Position numbers and translations under genes: made by a program
Source of the DNA: an uncultured Candidatus Saccharibacteria bacterium
GTDB lineage: Bacteria; Patescibacteriota; Minisyncoccia; Phycocordibacterales; UBA1006
Assembly (NCBI GenBank): GCA_964425795.1
Contig: CAYRNU010000001.1
Location: forward strand, 1 to 29,533
DNA length: 29,533 nucleotides
Direction: 5' to 3'
Part shown: positions 1 to 9,785 of the stretch, piece after piece
Layout of the letters: each line of letters opens with the position of its first letter
Numbering within the stretch: position 1 is the first letter of the stretch
The notes under the pieces: generated by a model
Seen by the model: only the letters and a program-made list of their open reading frames with translations
Told to the model about the DNA's origin: nothing
Databases searched by the model: none

Positions 1-3000
1 AGCGGTGTCAGGAGTTCCAGGGTTGAAAGCAACAACTTGACGGTACATTGAATCTGGATCTTCTGGCTTCTTAACCCAGTCACCAATCGATAAACCTTTA
101 AATGTTCCCGCAATACCTGTAACAACGTTTGTGTTTGCTGTCCATGTAGCTGAGAAAGACTTATTGTTAAATGGTCTAGTCGTAATCAACTCATCAGTGG
201 CTGAATCATTGAAGATCATGATTGAATCATTATCTACAGCGATAACACGGAAACGACCGTTGTTATTAGACTTAAATGTAGTTCCACCGATGATTACATA
301 ATCATCTACGGCAACACCAGAATCTAAGAAACGTGGTGATTCACCATCTTGGCGAGAGATACGAACCATACCGTTAAAACCTAATTTTTGTAGGCGGTAA
401 CGAGTAGGTACTAATCCATCTTTAATAACAGATGCTCCAACTGAAGCTTCAGCGAAGTCAGCGCCAGCAGATGCAAAAGTAAATGAGTTAGCATTTAGCA
501 CTGTAATAGGTCCGTAAGCACTATCAACTAAATTATTAGAATCTTGTAAGTTAACAGTATCACCAGAGTTCATAAAGTGAGGAGCTGAAGCAACAACTGT
601 AACAACGTTAGACGTACGGCTGATAGCTGTAACATTTACACGTGTTGAGTGTGCTAAATTCCACTTGATGATTGGAGTAGGGCAGATTTGAACTGTATTA
701 CCAGAACCAACTGCAGTAGCAGACATAGCTTTACCGTATGGATTTACTACATCGAAGTAGTTAGATGCATCGTTTACAGCTATGATTGGAAGACCAGCAA
801 CTAAGCCATCTCCACCATTACGTACTTTATTTCCTTGAGCCCAAGATAATGTATTACCGAAAGCAAATACTTGATCACCAGCACGAACGTCACTTAAAGT
901 AACAGATCCACCAGAGTGTGTCCAACGCCATACGAAACCAGCAGGACGACCATAAGATCCAGAAACATCAGTGATAGCAAATGTAGTTGCAGCAATAATG
1001 TTTGTAACCTTAGGGTTATAGTTATATTCAATAATATTAGATGACGGGTTTGTAACAGTAATAGAGTCACTAGTAATTAAACGACTCAAGCGTTTAGCGC
1101 CAGCATCATTTTCAACCTTGATATAATCACCAACGTTAAATGTATCTGGGAAAGCTGGAACCTTCATTAATAAATAGTTACCAGAAACATCAGAGGCTAC
1201 TTCAGATTCACCGAAGATATAAGCTTGAGCTTTATTAGCGTTACCACCAATAACTTCAATTGCTCCTGCAGAACCAAGTTGTTTAGACGTGATCTGTACA
1301 TTACGGCGATCGTTAGAGATGCGAACATCAGAAACGATAGGTAATTGAGAAAGAGCCTTTTGAGTAAGGTGATGATGAATATTAGTTACAGAAACTGGGA
1401 TCAATTTGAATTGTTCACCAAGATCTGAGATGTCATCGTTTGGTGCAGTATCCATCGCATAAACAGATGGAGCAACTCCGTTAAGAGTAGACACGCCTTT
1501 TAATGTAAAGTTAGGATTAACGTTAGCAAACGCCTTAACCCAGTTAACTCCATCATATAAGTTAATATGATCGCGTGTAGCCAATGAAGTAGGATTGTGT
1601 CCATAACCTAAAGCAGTAGAGTTACCACCGTAAGTATAGAACTCCTGTCTTGTAGCTCTATCAATTGTAAGTGCTGGATTTCCAACAGGAGATATTGCAA
1701 TGATTTGACCAGCGTTAACTGTATCAGCAATCGTTTGAACGTCGTTTCCTACAAGAGGGAAGAATACTACGTTACCAGCATTAGTAATTAACTCTGCAGC
1801 TGACAATGAACCTTGTTGAGTAGTTGATACTGCAAAGCCAGAAGTATTAGCGGTTGCGTCAGGTACGTTACCATCTGCCACATTAGTGATAGTGATTACT
1901 GGACCAACATTAGAAGCATTAAAAAATAAATCTGGGTTAATAACCGCAACAGTAGCAGCAGCTACAGTAGTTGCATTATCTCCATAATTGACCCCAGGGA
2001 CACGAATAGAACGGTTTGCACCATGGAATGGTTCTTGCGTTCCGTCATCACCTACGTCATACCAGACAGCTACAGATCCATTCTCATCATTGATGATAAA
2101 GTATTTACCGTCAAGAGTGTTATCCGCAGTACCGTTTACTGAACGAGCAGTTGTAAATCCAGAAGTACCGTTAGAAGGAACTGGAAGAGATCCGTTAACT
2201 AAGTTAGTTAAAGTGATTTGGTTGCCAATTACTCCAACAGAGTAAGCATTATCAAGTGAAATAACTGAACCAGTCTTAGTAGCAACTACAGAAGCAGAAT
2301 CACCTGTCACTACAGTGGCAACCTTAATAGCACGGTTAGCGCCATGAGATGGAGGTGGATTACCTGCATTATTCAAGTCATACCAAACAGCAACTGTTCC
2401 TTGAGAATCGTTTACGATAAAGTATGTTTGATCTAACGAATCAGCAACATCAGCCACAGTATCGATAGTGTATTGAGTAGCAGTTCCGATTACATCAGCT
2501 ACCGCAGTAACTTGAGTAATCTCTGGAGCACCAGGAGATGTAGCACTTGCTGTTGGATTGAAAACACGTACTGTGAATCCAGACTTAGCTTCAACACGGA
2601 ATTGACCCATGTTAGCGTTTGAAACCCCAGAGCCATCAGAGATAGATAAAACATCTCCAACTTGTACGGGTGCCAAGTTACCAGCAGAGAAAGTGTAATC
2701 GTAATAATTTCCTGTAGATACAGATCCATTAGGGAAATTAGTAGAAGTATCAGGGTATGGACCTTGTACTGCAATAGTGTAACCAGATGCGATAGCAGCT
2801 GCACGAGCAGGACCAGAACCAAAGAAGTATGAATACATACTGTATGAAGGTGAGTTCAAGAATGTAGTCGTAGGAGCTTGATCAACAGATGTTGGATACT
2901 CGATAGAGAAACGTAATTTCTCACCGTTAGGTCCGTACTGTTGAGATCTAACGATCATCTTTCCGCCAGAACCAGCTACGCCACCAGTTGAATACCAATT

Positions 3001-6000
3001 GCGAGCTCTCATCCAAACAGCATAATCGCTGAATTCAGTATTGTTGATATCTTTACCCCAAACTGTTAAGTTATTGAAGTCGATACCTGGTTCATTATCT
3101 TGGTCAAATGCAGAGAACTCTGTTGTAGTTGGCAAGAATGTTCCGCCACCAGATCCAGAGTTTACGCGACCAGTACGAGCCATGCGAACGTCGATAGTTT
3201 TAATTGTAGCGTCTTTGTCCATTACGACAACGATGCTATCTTCTGAAGAAATGTTAACTGGACGAACTAATTCAACTTCGTCTCCAGTTACCCAGTCAAG
3301 TTCAGTACGAGCAACACCTTGTTGAGTTCCAACTTGGTCAGATGCAGGTTTAGCTTTGATTGTGCGGAATTGACCACGGTTTCCACCGCGTGTTCCAGAA
3401 ACATAATCATCAAAAGCTGATTGAGATAATTCAGTAGCTTGTAAAGTCTCACTGTAAGTTCCAGTAAATGGAGGAGCATCTGGAACAGCATTAGCTGTTA
3501 AAGAACCCTTAGCGTCAGTATAAGTGTGACGACCCAAGAATACGTTTGTTCCTACTGGAGCTGTACGTTTAAACAGACCCACTAAAGACTTATCAGAGAT
3601 GCGTGTAGCTACGTGAGGTGGGTTACCAAACTGAGCAGTTGCAGTTTCAGCAAAGATAACTGAAGCGTTAGCAATTGAAACCGGAACAGCGATACTTCCA
3701 CCCTTTTCAGTAGTAGAAGTAATCTTAATAGAATTAGATTTATAAATAGTAGCTAAAACACCAGCAACATCTTTATTTAAAGAGTCAACAACGCCTGTGA
3801 TCGGTTCAGCAGGAGGATTGTCAAGGTATGAACCGCGCCAGATTTGAGGGAAACCATCTGTCTCGAAAGCTTTAATATCTAAAGAATCAGAGATAGTGAT
3901 GCCAGCTTCAGGAACAACTCCAACATTATCAACGTCTACGTAAGTGTCTACGCCTTGTGATGTGTGTCCGCCTTTAGCTTTAATTTTGAATAATCCAGAG
4001 TTTGCAGCAGATACCCAACCAGCCGTTCTTTGAACGATGTAGATATAATCACCTGGTTTTAATGCAGCAAAAGCATCAGCAGTAGCAGACAAGATTCTCA
4101 TCGTGCTTGCACTTGGATTGCTGATTGTAATTGTAGATCCAATTAATAGAGGCACCGCAACTTGGTTACATACAGTAGAGTCAACTACTAGAACCATTTC
4201 AGCAGGGCGACCAGAAGCATCAGAAGCTAAATTATAAGTTCCTGTTGTAGTTGCAGCAGAGATATTGAATCCCTTAGCATCTTCAACACCAGCAGAGAAA
4301 TTATCACCTGGCAATACATCCGTAAGGATACGTAAGTTACCAGTTTGACGATTTAATTCAAATTGGGCTGTTTGACCAGCACTCTCTAGAGGTAGATTAG
4401 GGAACCATTTATTTAATAGAGTTCCACCACTTACAACGATAGAGCTATCAGCTCCTTCTTTGTTAGAGCGGATAATCATAGTTTGAGATGGAGTAGCTTC
4501 TGCAGTTAATCCAGCGAACTTGTCGTTGAATACTGCAACCCAGTCATCAATAGTTAATGAAGCAAATGAAGATGCCCCAACGAAGTCAGATAAAGCAAAA
4601 GCTCTATCTTGAGCTGGAGTACCATCAACAGCAATAATGATATTGCTCGTTGTGTTGATATTCCATTGAGCAAATGAAGCTGTTTTTAATTCAGCTGATT
4701 TACCTTTCTCGTGAAGACGTGTACTGTTTTGATATAGAGCAATATAGCTGAATTCATCAGTAGGGAACTTCAAGATAGTGTTTGCATATAAAGTTTCGTC
4801 ATCAGTATCTCTCAATGGAGCAACTTGGATGATCTCAGCGTCATGGGCAACTGGATATAAAAGAATATTAGCTGACTTATTTACGAAGCGAGCTTTGAAT
4901 AAAGTAGAGTTAGCATTTAAAGCAACAATAACTTCAGATAACGTAGCCGCAGAGATATTTAAGAACTGGCTAGTACTAAAGAAGATCGTTTCTTCCTCAC
5001 CGTCAACGATAACACGCAAGAATGAACCATCTTTCAGTGTGAATGGGCCTTCTTCTACGTTAATAGCTTGTGGACGTGGAACAGGATAGTTAGCAAGTTG
5101 TAAGAACTCTTCAGTTCCTTCAGCATTAGATAAAAGCTTATCTACTGACTGACCAGCGAATGAAGGCTGGAATCCAGATCCATCATCGATATAAAGAATA
5201 GAAGGGTCACCAACTTTAACTGGCTCAGTGATAACTGCAGAAGCAACTTGATTAGAGTCATCAGGGTCAGAGACTCCGATAACTGAAGCAATGATACTTG
5301 GAGCTGTACCGCGAGCAAGAGTGATTGAATATGATTTAAGTCTGTTTCTTAATTCAACATCTGTCTCGATATCGCGACCAGAAGAGAATGAAGAAGTATT
5401 TGTAACAGCAGCGCCAGTAAATGGAACTACGTCGAAAGCAGTAATAGTGTTAATTCCAGCATTACCTAAGCTACCAGCTACTAAAGCGATAACCTCAACA
5501 CCCTTAACAACGTCTTCACCAGAAGGAATAACAGCATCTCTTAAAGTGACGTATTGCACCTCAGGGTTCTGATTATTCGCAGGGATCTTAACTACCGTGC
5601 CGGCAGCAATCAATCGATCTGGTTCACCCTGGGAATCAATAACGATATCAGAAATTAAATGATCCTTCTGTAAAGCAGAAGCAAGCGTAATTTCAGAGTA
5701 TGTTGGGAAAACAGTGATAGAAGTATAGTTGATTGGACCTTCAAATGATTGAGTTCCACGACCAATATAAAGAGTTCCAGTAGCTGACCAACCTGTAGTG
5801 TTATTTACATACAGCTTAGTTTGTCCAGCAATAGGGGCAGGCTTAATAACGTAAAGACCAGTTGAGCGCTTAGTAATGTTTGAATTAAGGATGTTAACAA
5901 GACCAGAAGCTTTAATAGCTGCACGGCGTGTTAATCCAAAGTCACCAGCTTTAGCATCAAGATCGTTATTCTTGATAGCATCAATGTTTAGAAGTTCTAA

Positions 6001-6165
6001 AACATTAAGGATAGCAGTATTGTTCTCAAAGTCATTAGCAGCCGCAGCTTCTAACAATGTAAGGAGGACAGATCCTGCGTTAAGGTCATTAAGTGGAGTC
6101 TCCGCAATAATCTTACGGATCATGTCACCTAGAATTTGATTGAAACTCTTAATTTGTATAGCCAT
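1..6165 (-). CDS. Giant baseplate J-like (wedge) protein with long beta-rich extension; 3'-truncated by window edge (>2055 aa)
   Basis: ATG at 6165 (MAIQIKSFNQILGDMIRKIIAETPLNDLNAGSV...). No stop found in this frame: read continuously over 1-2100 and translated or spot-checked elsewhere. Baseplate-J motifs GSLGNAGINTIT and GRDIETDVELRNRLKSYSITLARGT at about 5300-5480. Missing from the ORF track, presumably because there is no stop in the window. Confidence 0.88.
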   Translation of the reverse strand, partial: MAIQIKSFNQILGDMIRKIIAETPLNDLNAGSVLLTLLEAAAANDFENNTAILNVLELLNIDAIKNNDLDAKAGDFGLTRRAAIKASGLVNILNSNITKRSTGLYVIKPAPIAGQTKLYVNNTTGWSATGTLYIGRGTQSFEGPINYTSITVFPTYSEITLASALQKDHLISDIVIDSQGEPDRLIAAGTVVKIPANNQNPEVQYVTLRDAVIPSGEDVVKGVEVIALVAGSLGNAGINTITAFDVVPFTGAAVTNTSSFSSGRDIETDVELRNRLKSYSITLARGTAPSIIASVIGVSDPDDSNQVASAVITEPVKVGDPSILYIDDGSGFQPSFAGQSVDKLLSNAEGTEEFLQLANYPVPRPQAINVEEGPFTLKDGSFLRVIVDGEEETIFFSTSQFLNISAATLSEVIVALNANSTLFKARFVNKSANILLYPVAHDAEIIQVAPLRDTDDETLYANTILKFPTDEFSYIALYQNSTRLHEKGKSAELKTASFAQWNINTTSNIIIAVDGTPAQDRAFALSDFVGASSFASLTIDDWVAVFNDKFAGLTAEATPSQTMIIRSNKEGADSSIVVSGGTLLNKWFPNLPLESAGQTAQFELNRQTGNLRILTDVLPGDNFSAGVEDAKGFNISAATTTGTYNLASDASGRPAEMVLVVDSTVCNQVAVPLLIGSTITISNPSASTMRILSATADAFAALKPGDYIYIVQRTAGWVSAANSGLFKIKAKGGHTSQGVDTYVDVDNVGVVPEAGITISDSLDIKAFETDGFPQIWRGSYLDNPPAEPITGVVDSLNKDVAGVLATIYKSNSIKITSTTEKGGSIAVPVSIANASVIFAETATAQFGNPPHVATRISDKSLVGLFKRTAPVGTNVFLGRHTYTDAKGSLTANAVPDAPPFTGTYSETLQATELSQSAFDDYVSGTRGGNRGQFRTIKAKPASDQVGTQQGVARTELDWVTGDEVELVRPVNISSEDSIVVVMDKDATIKTIDVRMARTGRVNSGSGGGTFLPTTTEFSAFDQDNEPGIDFNNLTVWGKDINNTEFSDYAVWMRARNWYSTGGVAGSGGKMIVRSQQYGPNGEKLRFSIEYPTSVDQAPTTTFLNSPSYSMYSYFFGSGPARAAAIASGYTIAVQGPYPDTSTNFPNGSVSTGNYYDYTFSAGNLAPVQVGDVLSISDGSGVSNANMGQFRVEAKSGFTVRVFNPTASATSPGAPEITQVTAVADVIGTATQYTIDTVADVADSLDQTYFIVNDSQGTVAVWYDLNNAGNPPPSHGANRAIKVATVVTGDSASVVATKTGSVISLDNAYSVGVIGNQITLTNLVNGSLPVPSNGTSGFTTARSVNGTADNTLDGKYFIINDENGSVAVWYDVGDDGTQEPFHGANRSIRVPGVNYGDNATTVAAATVAVINPDLFFNASNVGPVITITNVADGNVPDATANTSGFAVSTTQQGSLSAAELITNAGNVVFFPLVGNDVQTIADTVNAGQIIAISPVGNPALTIDRATRQEFYTYGGNSTALGYGHNPTSLATRDHINLYDGVNWVKAFANVNPNFTLKGVSTLNGVAPSVYAMDTAPNDDISDLGEQFKLIPVSVTNIHHHLTQKALSQLPIVSDVRISNDRRNVQITSKQLGSAGAIEVIGGNANKAQAYIFGESEVASDVSGNYLLMKVPAFPDTFNVGDYIKVENDAGAKRLSRLITSDSITVTNPSSNIIEYNYNPKVTNIIAATTFAITDVSGSYGRPAGFVWRWTHSGGSVTLSDVRAGDQVFAFGNTLSWAQGNKVRNGGDGLVAGLPIIAVNDASNYFDVVNPYGKAMSATAVGSGNTVQICPTPIIKWNLAHSTRVNVTAISRTSNVVTVVASAPHFMNSGDTVNLQDSNNLVDSAYGPITVLNANSFTFASAGADFAEASVGASVIKDGLVPTRYRLQKLGFNGMVRISRQDGESPRFLDSGVAVDDYVIIGGTTFKSNNNGRFRVIAVDNDSIMIFNDSATDELITTRPFNNKSFSATWTANTNVVTGIAGTFKGLSIGDWVKKPEDPDSMYRQVVAFNPGTPDTA
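1840..2480 (-). repeat. Two tandem ~107-aa protein repeats inside the giant baseplate protein
   Basis: TYFIVNDSQGTVAVWYDLNNAGNPPPSHGANRAIKV vs KYFIINDENGSVAVWYDVGDDGTQEPFHGANRSIRV; the YFI codons lie 321 nt apart (2416-2424 and 2095-2103). Boundaries approximate. Confidence 0.85.
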
Positions 6166-6204
6166 TGCTCACCCGTACTATATTGTACTACGCGGTTAGT
6201 GGAG

Positions 6205-7806
6205 TCATGAGTTATTAACTGTAAAGCTAATAGGGATTACTTGGGTCCCGCCGGCTAACCTTACAGATAAGCTAATTGCTAATGCTCCTACTCCCTGACT
6301 GGTCGTGCTGTTCACTAAGTAGTCGACTGCTAGGTCTTCTACTCTGTCGAACCGGCTATCGGCCTGAATCTGAGAGACGATTGATTGACTTATAAGCTCT
6401 TTAATATCGTCGATATTTGAGTTCTTGTTTCCTACCACATTAACCAGTCCATAAGAAGGGTGATAGCGTAATGACCCTAGTTCTGTAATGATTTTAAGCT
6501 TAATAGCTTGGATAGCGTTATCAAGTCCATAACTTAATCTAACATCCCCATTTGTAGTGAATGTAAGGTCACCATCTGCGTCTAGGGCTAGATCGATTTT
6601 AGCTCTCTTTTCATCTTCAGCTGACTTAGCTAAGAACCAAGGAACGTCGTCATTGCGGTCGTCTGGTAGAGCTTGCTGAGAAGGGATAAGCACATAAAAT
6701 GAGCTATTGATGGTATTTGGGGCAAATACTCTAATATAAGCACCGTCAGCGATTTGGAATCGATTCATATCTCGTTTGCCATCTAATTCTAAGATGATCT
6801 CACCAGAAACAGGGACCTGTCTAATACTGATAATAGTGCGTTGATCAACTACAACCTCAGTAGAGCTTTGTAGGAAAATTTGCTGATTGATATAAAGTTT
6901 ATCGATGTTTAAATTACCGGTAACGTCAGTTTCATCCAAGTTTATTTGGTTTCCTGATCCGTTTGATAACAATGGAATACGAATACCAACCTCATCGATA
7001 TAAGGCGGTTTCAATCCGTTTGCGATAGCGATGTCGATCCACTTGTTTGGATCTCCAAGGTATCTATTAGCTAGGCTCTCTAAACTCTCACCATAGTTGA
7101 TCTTTACTAACTTACCAGACTTATATTGTCCAATGTTTACATCTGGGTTATTAGCGTTGGCACGGGCCAAAGCAAAAGGATCGATTGATGAGTCCACTGC
7201 AAATAAGTTTGCAAGGATAAAGTCACAAGTCTTAATTGACTGTTCTAAAGTTAATAAGTAGTTAGCTTCAACGATTGTAGCGTTGATTTGAGGCGGAATA
7301 GAGCTCTTTCCAAATGCTGCATTATATGTCTCATCACTAAGGCCATAAGTATCAGTCACACGATCTCTATAATCTATTACAGATTGTTTTGCAGCAACGA
7401 AGTTATTCTTAGAGAAAGCACGAACACGGGCCAGCTCTTGATCCAAGATACGCTTCTCTTCATTAGTAAGATTGATTCCTTGAATACGAACGTTATCAAA
7501 GATAGCGTAGAAACGGTAAAACGTTTGAGCGTCCTGGAATGGATTTAAGCGTCCACCACTATCTCTTTGATAATTGATGAATGCAGAAAAGTCTTTAATT
7601 TGTTCATTTAAGAAGTCTGGGTTCATAGACTTAGCCATCGCTCTCACGATATTAGGTTTAATGAATTCCCATGATTCTTTGAAGTATTGCCAACGTAATG
7701 GAATGATTGAAGGCACATCTGCAAGAGTCAAATTGTCGCCACCTCGGTCTCTCAACCAAAGGTTAACATCTGCTATACTTTTGTACGCTTCACCTATCGT
7801 AGCCAT
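6205..7806 (-). CDS. Baseplate protein: N-terminal helical region + LysM-like domain + C-terminal gp25/GPW-like wedge domain
   Basis: INYGESLESLANRYLGDPNKWIDIAIANGL is tail-type LysM-like. C-terminal DGDLTFTTNGDVRLSYGLDNAIQAIKLKIITELGSLRYHPSYG...ADSRFDRV is gp25-like. Lies immediately upstream of baseplate J. Confidence 0.8.
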   Translation of the reverse strand: MATIGEAYKSIADVNLWLRDRGGDNLTLADVPSIIPLRWQYFKESWEFIKPNIVRAMAKSMNPDFLNEQIKDFSAFINYQRDSGGRLNPFQDAQTFYRFYAIFDNVRIQGINLTNEEKRILDQELARVRAFSKNNFVAAKQSVIDYRDRVTDTYGLSDETYNAAFGKSSIPPQINATIVEANYLLTLEQSIKTCDFILANLFAVDSSIDPFALARANANNPDVNIGQYKSGKLVKINYGESLESLANRYLGDPNKWIDIAIANGLKPPYIDEVGIRIPLLSNGSGNQINLDETDVTGNLNIDKLYINQQIFLQSSTEVVVDQRTIISIRQVPVSGEIILELDGKRDMNRFQIADGAYIRVFAPNTINSSFYVLIPSQQALPDDRNDDVPWFLAKSAEDEKRAKIDLALDADGDLTFTTNGDVRLSYGLDNAIQAIKLKIITELGSLRYHPSYGLVNVVGNKNSNIDDIKELISQSIVSQIQADSRFDRVEDLAVDYLVNSTTSQGVGALAISLSVRLAGGTQVIPISFTVNNS

Positions 7807-8753
7807 TATCTACCTAACACACTAATTCCACCAACAGCAGAACCGATAATCGATTTAGCTTGGCCAGAAAGTGATTTAATATCACCAAGAACTGAAGAGC
7901 CATCGACTCCATTAATTCCTAGTTCTGAATAACGTTGTTGTAAGTCATCAGCAATCTTATTCTTTATACCTGTTAAGTTATAACCACGCAACTGAATTGA
8001 GTAGTTATATAACATAGGATTAGTAGCGTCTTTACGCATAGTAAAGCTACGAACCACTACGTCGTACTGATTATTATCTTTGTAATTGAAGAAAGTCAAT
8101 GGGTGTTCTTTGCGATCTGTTTGAGAACTAACACCAGCAGCATCTTTCTTGTATTGTAAAAGGAAGCGGTATAGGTTGTGGAAAGCCGCATAGCCGCTCT
8201 CGTCAACTGCAACACCAGTTTGAGCTTTAGGTCCACCATCTAATAAGTCAGCAGCCTTGTTTTTAATTTGATTGATGGCGCCAAGAGTCTTAGCGAAGAA
8301 TCCGCCAGCGCTGATGCTTTGAGCTACAGCGACACCGCTACGGCCAGGCTTATAAAGACTTCTATATAAAGTAGAAGAATCGTCGCCAGCTCCAGGATTT
8401 ACGAACTTAGGGGCAAACCCAGTTGTTCCTTCAATTGTAATGTCCCAATAGCGAACATCAGAGTGTTCTTCAACTGTTCCATATAGTGTTGTAACAACGT
8501 TAGTTGCAAAGTTCGTATTTACTTGAATATTGCTAGGATTGATTGGTAGGAACATAGTAAATACGCCACCGTCTCTTGTAGTTGTTTTAAAACCATAAGG
8601 CTTGGCTGTATACCAGTTTTGCTTCTCTACTTTGTAGAGACCTTCCATCTGGTTAAGTAGATCAGAAACGTCACCGGCGTCACCTTTAGGGGCTGCACCG
8701 ACTGGTTTAGGTCTATTAAAAATTTCTGTTAAATTGGAAATACTAAAACTCAT
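7806..8753 (-). CDS. Putative tail tube initiator / baseplate tube-like protein
   Basis: LPINPSNIQV...EEHSDVRYWDITIEGTTG and YDVVVRSFTMRKDATNPMLYNYSIQL resemble tube-initiator folds (XkdP/gpU/CIS-tube type); position between spike and wedge. Confidence 0.65.
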   Translation of the reverse strand: MSFSISNLTEIFNRPKPVGAAPKGDAGDVSDLLNQMEGLYKVEKQNWYTAKPYGFKTTTRDGGVFTMFLPINPSNIQVNTNFATNVVTTLYGTVEEHSDVRYWDITIEGTTGFAPKFVNPGAGDDSSTLYRSLYKPGRSGVAVAQSISAGGFFAKTLGAINQIKNKAADLLDGGPKAQTGVAVDESGYAAFHNLYRFLLQYKKDAAGVSSQTDRKEHPLTFFNYKDNNQYDVVVRSFTMRKDATNPMLYNYSIQLRGYNLTGIKNKIADDLQQRYSELGINGVDGSSVLGDIKSLSGQAKSIIGSAVGGISVLGR

Positions 8754-8759
8754 AAGTTA

Positions 8760-8765
8760 ATTATA
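8760..8765 (-). promoter_or_regulatory. -10 hexamer TATAAT 6 nt before ATG 8753 (probable leaderless promoter)
   Basis: Minus strand reads gctaTATAATtaacttATG; no Shine-Dalgarno and no obvious TTGACA. Confidence 0.55.
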
Positions 8766-8777
8766 TAGCAACCTTAG

Positions 8778-9785
8778 TTAAAGGCTACCAGTGATCTCCT
8801 TGATCTTCTGTTGAACCTCTACAACGCCATTCCATTGAGGTGAAGATCCTATTGCTGAACAAGGGCCCACTGGAGAGATTGGAATAACCTTACCTAATGC
8901 CTCAATCATTTGGAACAATTGATCTAAAAGCTCAATGCCCTCTTTACCGATAGCTACTTTAGGAGAGTTAATTTTTACAGAAGTAGAAGCCTCAAGCTTA
9001 AACTCCTTAGTCTTCCCATTAATCTTGTCATCAGAAACGATATCTAATACCTTACATTTCAACTCGACTTTTTCGTCTTTCTTAGTTAGTGTAAGTTTAA
9101 TCTTGCCAGAGTTAACAGTGATAGTCCCTTTAGGTTTATCTATACGTAGATTTTGAAGACCATTCTGATCTTTATCATTTATCTCAATGCTTCCCGTCTT
9201 ATCGAATTGAAAGAACGACCCTCCAACTTTTTCATCATAAGTTGGCTTTGGAAGAGTTTTGTTCGGTTTTTCATCAAGCTTCTTGATGTTAGTAGGGACA
9301 GCCTTGAATGTGAGTTTATATTCGCCGTTTTCGTTGATCGTTGTTTCGACGCCATTAAACTCAGAAGCATACTGTGGTCCTTTCGTAATATCAAGTGTTG
9401 ATTTTCTAGCTGGATGGATTAATCCGCCAAGAATAATAGCTTCGCGAGACTCCCCATTAAGGAATGCAACTAGTACTGTGTCACCAGCTTTAGCATCGAA
9501 TGCTCTAACTGGATCTGGTTTATCATCAAATTTATAACCATGATTAACTACGTCTTCATAGTTAAACGCCCCACCGAAACGTCTTAATAGACGAGCATTT
9601 ACCTCAATAGAGTCATTTCTATCTTGAATCTCTACAAGGTACTTAATGTCAGAAGTTCTTTCCTCACGGAAAACCTTCTTGACAATACCAATGCGCATGT
9701 AAGGGTCTTTATCGTTTACGGCACTATAGGTTTTACTATTCTGCCATATTGAACTATCTTTTACTGTTTTAAATGGACTGTTCAT
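8778..9785 (-). CDS. Baseplate central spike (gp5/gpV/VgrG-like)
   Basis: N-terminal OB-fold-like RIGIVKKV...GDTVLVAFLNGESREAIILGGL; beta-repeat middle; C-terminal VAIGKEGIELLDQL...ISPVGPC tail; follows the hub gene. Confidence 0.75.
   Translation of the reverse strand: MNSPFKTVKDSSIWQNSKTYSAVNDKDPYMRIGIVKKVFREERTSDIKYLVEIQDRNDSIEVNARLLRRFGGAFNYEDVVNHGYKFDDKPDPVRAFDAKAGDTVLVAFLNGESREAIILGGLIHPARKSTLDITKGPQYASEFNGVETTINENGEYKLTFKAVPTNIKKLDEKPNKTLPKPTYDEKVGGSFFQFDKTGSIEINDKDQNGLQNLRIDKPKGTITVNSGKIKLTLTKKDEKVELKCKVLDIVSDDKINGKTKEFKLEASTSVKINSPKVAIGKEGIELLDQLFQMIEALGKVIPISPVGPCSAIGSSPQWNGVVEVQQKIKEITGSL

Noticed and set aside
1988-6139. Short ORF-track entries (1988, 2499, 3041, 3288, 4778, 5291, 5876)
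   Set aside because: They are antisense or out-of-frame shadows of the continuous baseplate-J ORF at 1-6165.
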